DNA of 64,000 bases, taken from the NCBI GenBank assembly GCA_001642005.1, contig LWCA01000039.1, forward strand, positions 4,600 through 68,599, given 5' to 3'. Source of the DNA: Intoshia linei. Taxonomy: Eukaryota; Animalia; Orthonectida. Below, one piece after another: positions 1 to 13,200 of this stretch (position 1 is the first letter of the stretch; the number at the start of each line of letters is the position of its first letter). The position numbers and the translations under genes were made by a program. Under the pieces are notes generated by a model that ran no database searches, was not told where the DNA came from, and saw only the letters and a list, made by a program, of their open reading frames with translations.

Positions 1-214
1 GTTTGTTTTCTTTTTTGTGAATTACATAACAAAATAAACAGTAAACCACCAGTGAAAAAACGTAGAGTAATTTTCTTTGTCTATCATCAACAGTTTGTTG
101 CATTATAATTTCTATTATTAAATCAATATTAAATTTATATAAAATGCATATGATGGTTTATTTTGGTTTAAACTTTAAACTTATAAAATATTAATTTTTC
201 ACAAGGACGATAAT

Positions 215-502
215 ATAGACTTTTTATTGATGTGATAAAATATGTAGTAAACAATTAATAATATACTGTAAACAATACCTGAAGAACATGTTCCATTTTG
301 GGAACATTGACGGTTTAAAGGTTAATATTAATAGTTCATCATCTCGCAAAAATAGAGTACTCCATGTTTTTTGACCATCATTGGTTTCACCCAAATGTAA
401 TGATTCATTAAAAATTGTCATTATTATTAATTTTTTGGGGGTCCACAGGTTTATTGTAATATCTTTTTATGGGTCTACAGCTAAAAAGGGTTGAGAATGC
501 CT
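215..502 (-). mobile_element. hAT-type MITE fragment, inverted copy of the element at 35452-35873
   Basis: Reverse complement matches 35452-~35750 closely, including the end motif ggttgagaatgcct and the internal stretch gaagaacatgttccattttgggaacatt. Confidence 0.75.
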
Positions 503-1334
503 TATGTAGATAACTTATTTTAAAAATATTATGTTACCAAGGAATCATTCCAGCACACCTAATGATAAAAGTCACGCTATGCCACTGATTACTTTTAGTA
601 ATTCGTTGTTGTAGTTTTAATTTAAATTTTAAGCAAAATGTTTTGAAAATGAGAATTTGAAATTGAAAAATTGTGAAACAATGAATTGTAAAGATTTTCA
701 ACCATTTATTCTATATTAGAAATGTGTAGACGTTTAAAGCACATTTTTTTTGAAATTGTAAGATCAATATTTACATTTGCAATTATTATTTTAATAATGC
801 TATTTTTATAATGTTTATGATTTTAAAACTTATTCCACAATTGATGTTGTATAAAATTCTAGGACTTTTTTCATTATTACAAAAAAAAGTAATTTGTGGT
901 TTTGATATCAAGATATAATATTTTGAAATTGAAATTTATTATAATGTTAATGATATTAAAATTTTTATCAGATTGTGAATTTTTTATAATTATAGGATTT
1001 TGCATTTAAAAAGAAAGATAATTGGGGTTTTTAACATTGAAGAACTAATTTCTGAAAATCAAATTTGCGATAAAACATCACTACCAAAAAACTCTATTAT
1101 AAATGGGTATTCTTAAAGCTCTATGCTTATTAGTTTCTTAAATAAGTAATTTTTGGTAACAGATAAAAAAATAAATACACATAAATATATAGACATACAT
1201 TTTATTTATACATACACAATGTGTTAACACATTTATAAATTCTTTACTTACGTAAAATTTAATGTATGTGTTTGCCATTTTTTTAAAAAATTGACCTAGA
1301 ATTTTAGCAAACATTACAGCTGATACAGTTATAT

Positions 1335-1447
1335 CCAGTGAACATACACATAAAATTTCTATCTGACAAAGTGACGCCTTCACGGTCAAAAAAGCCCTCG
1401 GCAGAGCTAGGATTCTGTTTGTACGAAATACATAACAGTCAAGCTAG
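1335..1447 (+). mobile_element. Non-autonomous Helitron 3' end
   Basis: cggcagagctagg-ctgtttgtac...cataacag hairpin, then CTAG followed by T. The same motif recurs at ~15800, ~29010 and ~43720. Confidence 0.65.
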
Positions 1448-3932
1448 TTACTTTATATAAGTAAAGATTTTAACTTATATTTTAACTTAATTGTTTTTTG
1501 GATGGTAAAATTAAAAAGTCTGATGCAAATGTAATGCAATTGTATATATTAATATGTCTCCATTCCCTGAAAAATCCCTCCACAAAGCTACAGATTTTTA
1601 TTATAAACTGCTAATTTTTGTAGAAAGTACATAACAAATAAGCTACTAAAATATGAAATAAACTGATAATTTTGACAAATTTTATAATTAAAAAATTGTT
1701 AAAGGTGGATAATGTAGATTCTCCGTTAATACCGATTATATTCTGAACATGTAATAAACACAATAAAATAATTAGTGCAGCACTTATATCTAAAAAAATT
1801 TATAAATCCAAAAAATAATATACTTATTCTTGCTAAAGCCAACTTTCCCGTGTCATATACAATTCTTATTAATCTCAAATCAATGCACAATATAAAATGC
1901 AAAATTATTTTAAAAGCTTTGTTTTTTGATGGAAAACAAACATTTTTATTAAATGGTATAATTATTGATAAACAATTTTCATTATAGCGTACCAAAATTA
2001 GCAATGAAGTAATTATATAAGCACTTTAAAAATCAATAAACAACATGATAAATTTAAAAAATAGGAAAAATGTCAATATGATTAATTTTCAGATAAAGAA
2101 GATACATTTGGATCGGATTTAAGGAATGGAATTATCTTAATTGAGTTCAAGTACATTAAACGAAAAAAAATGGTTGCATTTGTATGGAAGTTTGAAACAT
2201 TTTATTATGTTATATAATATTTTGATTGATTAATAGTATCATGATTTATTGGTAAATTAGGAATACATGGTAAAGTGATGTAACATCTTTAAATTTTGTA
2301 TCAAATAAAAAAATATATATAAAATATGTAAATTTCAAATATTAATTCCACAATCTATAATAAAATCAAAATTATAAATCATTATACTTATTAATCAATT
2401 GAAGACTCTTGGTACACTTTACCATATAATATTAAAATGTAATAATTACTAAATTTACTACACTCAAATACTTCAAAATCCAAGTGTTTCACATTAATGG
2501 GTCCATTAAATGTATCGTTCAGCATTATATTCGTGCAACTTTAATTTAACTTGCCTAAATGACACTATTAATCATTTAAATGTGGTTTTAATTCTGATGG
2601 GACCACACCTTAGCCTATTTTATATTTGAATTAAAATACACTAAAATATACATTCAGTTTAATTGTAAAATGGTTTCGTGTTGCTTTAAATCACATTACA
2701 ACCATCTCCGTATCTAGTTGAACTGTTATAAGTCAATAGATATTTCACTTAAAATATAAATTATAGACAATTTCATGTTTCCTATATACTAATTTATGTT
2801 ACATATTGAACAAATAGTATACCTTATCTTTCATTTTAAATATATCTTTTAAGAATATAATATAATCAATACATGTTACTTATTTAACAAATTTATCAAT
2901 ATTAAATTTAATTAATTATTTCAAATACTCTACAACTTAATGTTTATATATTCTTATTTCATTTTTGTCTATTTTTTCATTATTTTGAAATTGAATAATA
3001 TTTAAAAACAAAAGTGTTTAGCTACATTTCATTTTGGTATATTAATATTCTTTAAATTATATATTATTTTATTTTCGAAGTCTACATGGGTAGTACACAT
3101 TTTGTACGACGTACATTACAATGTACGTGTTGTTTTTACCGTTCATTTGAAATTTTGTGTAAATGACATTTTTACTTTAAGGACTACTTTAGGGAGTTAA
3201 GGCAAACCAGCCGTTAAAACCGCTTATTTAAATCATGATTGTTTTTAAGATGTTATTAAATTGTTCTGTAGTACTACGGCATATAGTATGTTGCAAAAAT
3301 ATAATCCAATTCAATTTTGAGAATTCCTTTAAATAAAGCTAAAATTATTTTTTTACATGTACATTACAAAATATTAGGTTGTTTTATATTATGATATAAT
3401 ACGTTAAAATAATGAATAATTTTCATATTTTTTTAAATTATATTAATCATGTATTCGTTGAAAGAATAATTTACCATATTAAAAATTTTTGGGCTAGTTC
3501 TTAGAGAAGAAAGTTCAATTTTGTTGATCAATGATCATATTGGACACAATTTACTTTGCGAGGTCCATAGCGTATAATTTTCCAAGATTAAGAAAAATAT
3601 GGTTTATATGATTCCAACCTTAAAACAATGAAAAGATAATACATAAATTTTATGAAACAAATTATAACCTAGAAAACCTTTACAACTTTTATGTATACAT
3701 TTTTAGTAAATTATAAAAGTTAAGCATGCCATCCGCGGGCTGCATGCGGCCCTCCGCGACTTCGTATATATATACATAAGTATATGTTACTTATAGAATA
3801 ATATTTTTTACACAATTATGTAAGTAATATGTGAAGAAAACACATAAATAGAAAATAAAATTTGAATTCAGGATTTAGTAGTTTTTAATAAATAGATTTA
3901 TATCTTGACCTATAAAATATGTACGGTACAGC

Positions 3933-4518
3933 CAGAGCCGTTTTAAGGCATGGGAAATATGGACTGTAGCCCAGGACCACTCATTAAAAAAGGCCCCCAA
4001 ATTAATAAAAGTACTTTACATTTACATCTTAAAAAGAGGCACCAATTTATAAAAAAATTTTTCACAACTATATCTTAAGAAACAGTTTATAAGTTTTGAA
4101 GTGTGGGAATTCATATAACTAGAAAGAAAATAGTTTAAATAATCATAATTCTGGTAATTATTCAATTTAAAATATATTCTACAATGTTCATCATATAATA
4201 TTGACATAAAAACTGTTCTGTTAAGTCAATATTCAAAAAAGAAAGTAGGAAATCTTTAATTTTCTCTTATTAATTTTTAACTAATTAAGTAAGTTTTTGT
4301 AAAAGAAATAAAACTTACTAGAAACCTACATAATATCTTTTAATTCTTTTATTAATACTCAAGGAAATAAGAATATAAGTCTTCAACCAACAGTATGCCC
4401 TATCTTCTAAAAAGAGGCCCTAAATTTTTTTATCTCTTCGCTCATAAAACTTTGAAACTTTAAAGGTCCCCGGCCCTTTGCTTAGACCATAGCCACCAAG
4501 TGGCTTAAGACAGCTCTG
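3933..4518. mobile_element. MITE with cagagccgttttaag / cttaagacagctctg TIRs
   Basis: Imperfect 15-bp terminal inverted repeats flanked by a degenerate 8-bp duplication (ggtacagc/agtacatc), which is hAT-like. Confidence 0.55.
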
Positions 4519-7246
4519 AGTACATCACGATTAAGGGTATATTTCCTAACGTAGATTTGACGAACCTAGTCATCCCAAGTGATTTCAAGCGACTGAGAGA
4601 ATTAGAGTCGACTCAACTATATGTGTATTAAAAATATAAAAATTAAATATATACTGTGGAACGGTTTCTCAAATGTTTATTAGAAAACATTTCAAATTTG
4701 GGGTCACATAAAATTATACGAATCCCCAAAAATTTGATTAAAAGTTTTATTTGCCTATATTTAACTTAGAAATATTCAATTTGATTTATTTATTTAATAT
4801 TCAATTTAATTGTGTAATAACTTTGAAAGGTGTAAAGAAGGGTCCCTGGATCCTTTGGATTCCAAAATGATATTTTTGAACAGAACTATGGAGAGCCAGC
4901 AGTAGGCCCGAATCAGATGAAAATTTTAGGCGCCATAAAAAAATTTTTAAAAATGGGATCTCTATGCATTGCTTAATCGATCGTTCATTATTTATAAATA
5001 TAAATAACCGTTGGAAATCGCATTGGTTATCGAAATTTTGTATATTTAAGAAATTTTCCAACATTAACTATTAATAAATTTAAAAAGTAGGCTATCAAGT
5101 TTGTAGACCTGGTTCAAATGGCCCATAGCCTCCCACAGACATGCCTGGGTCCGTGAGATTTAAATAAAATATGAAAAAAATTTATCAACTTATTTAGTTC
5201 ATTTTTAATTTCTACAGGAAAATTTTAAGTATTTAATACAGATTTGCAAGATATTGGGAATTTATCCCCAATACTAGAAGAAAGGTACCTTATTATTTGA
5301 AAAATCCGATTTTACTAAATCTTATGAGCAACAACATTAAAAAATATTTTTTCATAAATGTTAATTATTCAAGTTTCCTTTGGGTCCAAAAAAATAAATA
5401 TTTTGAAATGGAGATACATACACTATTTGAATCGGGAATCACAAATTTTAATGTTAATAAGTTAATGATCAATCATAATTAATAATAAGTTCATGTTCAT
5501 ATAGAACAGAATTAATTGTATTTTATTATAGCTAATATAGAATTGAAAACTTTTAATTTTGAACGTGGTCCATCTGAACAAACATATAACGTAACATAAT
5601 AAATAATAAAAATAAATAATTCATTAACTATGAACAAATCCTTAAAAAGAGAACGTAGAAATTTAAATGTAAATGAAAAACAGAAAAGATTGAAAGTGAA
5701 GATTTGTTTTAAATCTTCCCAGACTGTTCAAATTATCCAAAACTGGCTGTATGAGTTATGCCATAGATGACATTTCATTAATTATGTTATGTATGAATTT
5801 TTTTGTTGTAATGGAAAATCTTTATTCCCAGTTTGGGATCGAATGAAATAAACAGTGACACAGTAATAAATATTAAATATCGTCTTCTTCCATATCTCAT
5901 ACTCAGTTGAATCAAAATAAAAATTTGGTTAATTTATAATTATTGAATAAATTTTTAAATAAATACTATACGACTTAGTGGAAATTTTTCAAAAAATCGG
6001 TAGAACAAATCAGTTTGGAAACCCTGATCTACACTGTAGATTCTACACATTTCCAATGAAGATATATGATGGAAATCTCATAAATTGATCCGTTGGTTTT
6101 TTTCATTGCTACGTAATTTTTTATTTCCAAAAAGTCACTTTTGTAAAAAATCACTTTGTATTAAATATTAGTCTAAAATTACAATAAAAGAGTATTACAA
6201 AGTTAAACTTTGTAATTATCATTTTTATATTTATTACAATGTTGGTAAAATTCACCCGAAATATGTTTTTAAATTATTGATTCCGTTAATTATTGATACA
6301 AAATGGATAATTTTTACTCATCGAATGCAGATACTGAATATATATCATTACATTCAAAAGACATTACCGATATTTCCAATTTTATTTTTTTTGGAATTTA
6401 AGCTATTTATGAAATATTGAGGATTTGCTGTTTTTATTTTATTTTTATTAAGATTATACACTCATTCTCTCTAATAGAATCAAAAAATTAATTGAGTTAA
6501 AGATAAATTTTGTAGTTCGTCGGTTGAGTAATACTGATATTTCAATAATTTTTGATTACATAAAGAGACCAAGTAGAAAATCCTTTTGGTTCACCGATAT
6601 TGACTTTTTATTTTACCTAAATTAAAAATTAAATTAAATTAGAATTTACTGCATAGTAGTTGAAAAAAAACATAAAAAAATATATACGAGTAGGTTAAAA
6701 TGATAAAAAAAAAAAACTAGTTAGACATATAGTATTAAAAATCGATTTTTATGCAATGAATTATAATTTATATTTATTTTTCATGTAAATCTGAATTGGT
6801 CATTATAGTCGAATGTATTTAAAATCAATTACAGCCCAATAAAATTGTTTTAATCGAATCATACAAGTTAATTTATATTCTGATAGTATATCGGGACACT
6901 TTATCGCACCCAAGTTGATAAATAATGTTGGCTATTGAATTAATTTTACATAGCATATCAATATTATTCAATTCACTCTTACTTCAAATTTCCAACATAG
7001 TCAATTTATAAAATTTGATTTTCAATATAAGTTATAATTGATTTTTTATATACACAACAAAATGTACACATGTAAAAAATTTTTATCAATAAATTTGACA
7101 GTATAATTGTATCAAAGCTTTAAATTATCAATTTAAAATGCTACCCATTATATTTTTATACAATTAATTAAAACTTTTAGCACAATCATTAAAAGCGGAA
7201 GCATTTAAATTTATAATTATTGTCAGTGTAATAAATCATTTGCAAA

Positions 7247-10200
7247 GTGGTAAATAAAGCAGTATTAAACTCAAATCCAATAAATTTTCAATTTAACATG
7301 ATTGAGGAAGCTAAAGGATATTATAAATTTTTGAAATCTATTCAAAATTTAACGTTTTTATCCGTCTGTGATAGCCCGCAAGTTGATGCCATTTTAGAAA
7401 GAATATCACACAGGTATTTTGATAAGTGGTTGCCCTTATTATTTAAATTTCACGAAAATGAAGACGATAATAACAACGATTTGAATGGTAAGCATTTGAT
7501 TGCGCCACTAGACGTTAAATGGGCTTGGCATTCTCATTTGATGCACCCAAAGATCTATAGAAAAGACGTTTTAAATCATTACAAGAACAATTTTAACAAT
7601 ATACCGTATCAAAGTGTTTTGTGTGAGTATACGCCCCGGTTTCTCCGTAAAAAATCTATGTTTAATGTTAACGATGTTATTGAATTCTCCAAGAACGTCT
7701 GGGAAAGCGAATATCCAAATGAGGAACCTTATGAAATTGATTTGGAAATTTATCAATATCTTTTTGTAAAATCTCAATTGCCAAAAATTATCAATTTAAA
7801 TTCGAGTATTTTTTTTATTTATTTATTTTTTATCTGATAAATTTTACAATTACATATTTACAAGATCTGGGTGGCTGAATCTTTTAGTATGAAGGGTCAC
7901 ATGTCAAATAAAGCTTTTTAATTTACCCATGGAGTCGATGAGTTAGATTTAACTATGATAATTTGTACTTATGAATAGTTTCTATCGGGTTTAAAATATT
8001 TCACATTATAAAATCGCAGATATAATTACAAAGATTCTACTTACAGTAGTTCCTTTCTATATGTAACACTATCAGTTACAATTTGTAACTTACAAGTAAA
8101 ATTTATCAATATTTCATAGATTCAGGGTTGAGAGTTGGTCAAATTTTTCAAATTAGTTTTGTTAATGTTTATTGGCCATTTTTGTATGTATGAATTATGA
8201 TTTTTCATTTTAAGGCTGGTAAGACTGAATTTTTCCCTTAAGGGTTGGTAAAACTGCATTTTTCCTTAAAGAATTGGTAAATTGGGTTTTTCACTTAAGG
8301 GTCTGTGAAAATTAATTTTTTTCTTAAAAGTGGGTATAATTGAAATTTTCACTTAATGGTTGGTAAGACTGAATTTTTTCCCTTTTTCTTTTTCTAAATT
8401 TAACTACTCTTTTGATATTATTTACACTTCATTAAACTCTATGGTCCAAGATTAACTACATTTGTATGTCAATTTTCACGATTTCATGTATATTTTGTAT
8501 GGTAATAATATCAGCATTGCCTTCCATTTTTCTGATATTCATCGACCGGAAATTTTAGTTTAATCCAACGGAAAATGTAAACGAAACAAAAATAAATTTT
8601 CTAGCTCATTATACAGATTAAATGTAATACAAATTGCAACAATTCAGATTTCTCGTTTAGAGTTAAATTTAATTCAATGATTAAATCTTTTTAACTTAGT
8701 TTTATTAAAAATTGATTTTTACGAAATATATTTAATTGTTGACTTGTATTTGTACTTTTACATCTACTATGAGAAAAAATTATTGAATTTTTGGAATAAC
8801 AGTCATATCGGACAATATCTACATTTTATTGACCAAAATTTTGAATTAATTTAATTTTAAGGTAGACCCTCAATTTTAGAATAGTTTTTTCAAACAAATA
8901 AGACCAAAATAAAATAAGATTCAATATAATCCTGGTTAGTTTGATTTTCTATATTAATCAAAAATGTTAAAAGAAAAATAATTTTAATATACAGTCAGGG
9001 CCGTGGAAAAGGCTAGGGCCATATGACCCGTTCCTACTTCATGAGGGCCTACCTTTTTTAATTATTAATACATAAAACTGCTGGCTCTTAACTCCCATTT
9101 GTACAGATATACATTTAAAGTAATTACTTAAACTGAATAATAATAATTATTATTATACACTAAAAAATTTGTACATGTAAGGTATAAATAATTATATGAA
9201 ATATTTGGAACACCTTAATCATTAAATTTAGTTGAAACCAGCATAATCATTAAAAATGACGACGAAGAAAAACATTTATGCTTAATAAAGGAAATTTCTG
9301 AAAAAAATAAAAATAACTCGGTAGCGTCTGACGAAATAAACACTAGTGAAGTTTCTAGAGAAGATCAGTTTAGTATTAAAAAAATATCTAGTACCTCTGA
9401 GGTATGCATAAATCCATCAATTGATCTTGTTACAGCAATGAAATGCTTCTGGCATGAATCTTACAAATACAGCTTGAATCACTTTTCAGATTTAAAATTT
9501 TTACGACTTGCCATTAGTCGGTACAAAAAATATATTGCCCTAAAATGTAAATATAAAAATTTAAATTATATTACACCTACTGAAGATATGAGGTAAATAA
9601 TTATATCAATTATGACTCTATAATTATATGGACAATCTACTTTTTTATATCCAATAATTTCGATGAAAATCATACAATTTACAATGATGCAATATGGTTG
9701 AAAATTATAACTTATTTTTATACAATTTCCCTAATATACTTAAAAATACTTATTAAATTTTTTTGGACCCCCTAATATACATTAGGCTGTCAATATTTTT
9801 GTGCTTTTTGGTTTTTTCTAAGGTGTGTAGTTTTAAATAGAATTAAAATGTTTTTTCAGCTTACTGCAATAAAAATTTTTTAAACAATTGCATGAACGAA
9901 GTCAAAACAAACCATTTTATACCCTGTAGTGATATATTGCTATCATACTAATCGAGATTCGAATATATACTTTTGATATAATTCACTTGTGATGTCTATC
10001 TGGCAGAGTGGTTATAATCATATAATTGTATTCTGCTTGATTAGGTTCGAATTGAGATTTAGACATCTTTTTATTTAAAATGAACTTATCAGAGTTATTA
10101 TCTGCCAATCGTTACATACCCTACCACAAAAAAAGTATTACAACTTGATTAACCTAAAGTCAATTTTTATATTATGTATTTTACACGAGTTATTCGTTTA

Positions 10201-13200
10201 TAATAAACGAATAAACTTTATTGCAGACTTCTTAAGCTGAGATCGATGGTTATTTGATTAATTTAGAAAATTAATTTTAAAATTTAATTAATATATTGTA
10301 AAAATTTCCCGTTTCCCAATTTTAATAGTCGAATTTTAGAAATTGATAAAATACATGGCCGTGTAGTATGAGTAATATCCTGTAAATCGCACCTATAATT
10401 TTATTTTTTAATATAATGATAAAAAGTCCGGCCACCTTCAATGCTACTCAAAGCAATATTTATATTGAATTTTTTATTATACAAATTATAGTGTTTTTGA
10501 GCTATGATTTAGTAAATCAGATTTACAATGCTGTAGATCTCGAAATTTCAATCTTTGTTAAATATCTTCCAATAATGTATTTTACAATGGGTACCCGCGT
10601 ACCCGTTTCTTGAGAAGTAATGCGAGAAAAAAAGATATTTGGCTTAGTCCTCATTACTACATGCTACTCCGCGGAGTAGTACAGTTCCGTGAAAATTATT
10701 ACCTGGTTCGCGAATAAATTGTAAAAAAATGTTTACTAATTAGAAGTCAATTTATTGCGTTTTTTATCAAATTTTTTTAAATGTAGTAGTTTCGCTTTAA
10801 TGGTCCGTGATAAATATTACAATTTATTACCGGTCCACCGTGAAAAAAGGCGAAACCCTTGGATTATACCAACTTGATATCAAATTAAAAAATAAAAACT
10901 ATGGTAACAACAATTAAAATAAATTAAATGTTAAGGTTTTAAAAATTATATTTATAATAACTAATTTGCTTGCGGTAGCCGGACTTTTTCAAAATTTAAG
11001 CTTAAAAAACTATATCACAACTCTGAAGTGTATATTTCTCACCTTGTAGTACCCTGTATTTTTGATTTAAAAAAAAGTTAACACCCTAATGTATAGGGTC
11101 TTCACTTTTATTTATTTATTTAACTTTACTTAGAATTTATATTAAATGTTTAAATTTACCACAACTATAGATTCATCTGGCAGACCCACCTATGTGATCA
11201 TGTGCAATATTGTAGAGATATAAACATGTCGATTGGAACCGTTTTAAATTACTATCCATTATACACTATCAATTTAATGGTTTTATTTCATAGAAATTCA
11301 AAATATCCAAAAATATTAAGAAATAAAACAAACTACATTTGTGAATATTTATATCAAGTAAATGAACTATCTCAAAATCAAAACACAGAGTCTAAAACTG
11401 AAAATAATGGTAAATTGATCAATTTTAAAATTATCAAATTATAATAATATAAATTGAGGTTAACAAATAAAATAATGAAATTGTTGGGTGCACTTTTTAA
11501 AAGTGTTAAAAAATCTTATAAATAAAATACTAATAATAAAATAAATAATAAAACAATCTGTACTTTCCCACAATAATAAAGCAACATTAAACTTATGATA
11601 ATTTCCTTATCTTAAAGTGTATTATTTATTTAATGATACGTTTCTTTACACGGTAAATGTAATATGTCTAAGTTTAAACTTTAAACATATTGAAAATCTA
11701 TAACTAATTGCTGACGACGTCGCAATACAGACTTGGGAATATTATTCCACATTAATTAAATATACTTATATTATTCAATTTAGATTATATTAATATACAC
11801 ACGGAAAGCATTACTACAGTTGAAGCAGTTTCAAATTTTTCCCTCGACACTTATGGAAATGTCAATACAGACGATGTAGACCAAGATAGTTTTTCATTAA
11901 AGAATGTCACTTTCGATAAATACAACCAAAGGACAAAATTAAGGGCCATTACTGAATTATGGAATTGCGTTTATAAAGTAATTTTAAAACAAATTTATAA
12001 ATGTCGAATTTAAAGATACATGACACAGTATGGTAAATATATTAAACAAACATATAATAATGTTACAAATTAGGAACCTTACAGAATAGTTGGCGCAATA
12101 AATCGGGGTACATCGAGTGTAAACCGTTTATCGCAACTGACGGAAACCCAATATGAAGAAATTAAACAAACTCTCTCTACTTATGAAATTTTGAATATAG
12201 AATTATTGGACAAGAGATTATCAAATAAAAAATACAGCCAAGATGAATGGAAAATTGAAAAAGAAATTGATGATAATATAATTTATTCTGAAAACGAGAA
12301 AGGAAATGGAAAAAAATTATCAAGGTCTTCGTCTCTACATGTTCAAAAATCGTCAATGCTTTTAGATTTACTGTACAAATCAAAATCTCAGTCACACTTA
12401 AATAATTCAAACATTATTGATTCTAGGAATGATTTTACACTATCAAATAAAAGCAACGAAAATGTAAGTATGCTAGATCCAAGTAAACCTGGCAATAGCA
12501 GCGAAAGACAACAAGAATATTGGCCTCTTATAAACCAATTTAAAAAAATAGTTGTGACCATTTTCTTAAAAGGAAACAATTCGCTATACGACAGAACGGT
12601 CTGTCGGATAAACTTGAAAAAACAGAAAATTAATTCAGATTTGGATACTGATGAATCTTTGCAAAATAATTATTGTTGGGTTCATAATTACCGTCAAACA
12701 TTACCCACTTTTCAAATTGACAGTATAAACCACGCATCAATATTGATTAAATACTCTTTCGTGCCAGGTTCATCAAATGTACATATACCGATAACACATG
12801 ACATTCCTATCCTTATTCCAATTAAATATTCCAAATTGTACCAACCTAGAAAAACCAAATATAACTTTATCAACGAGGATTCTTGTCTGTCTGATGATTC
12901 GTATCAGTATCATTGCTGTTTTAGGCAAAAAAAGAAAAAATTAAAATATTCAAAAATTAATCAAGACTCAATTGCATCTCATATGATGAAATTTACAAAA
13001 ATTTCTAAATCAAACTCTTTCGACATTCACAAATTATTTCACAGTTTTTTAAAAAAAATCAAATTTAATCAAAATATTATTTACACTAAACTTAGTCAAT
13101 ATAAATTTAGAAAACCCAAAAAATCATACCTTTTTGTAAATATTAATCTACCTAAATCTAAACTTGTTAGAAATTATGGCAATAAAATTGGCAAAATACT

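Noticed and set aside
2660-2730. In-frame TGA as selenocysteine
   Set aside because: It resembles no selenoprotein family and I could not identify a SECIS element.
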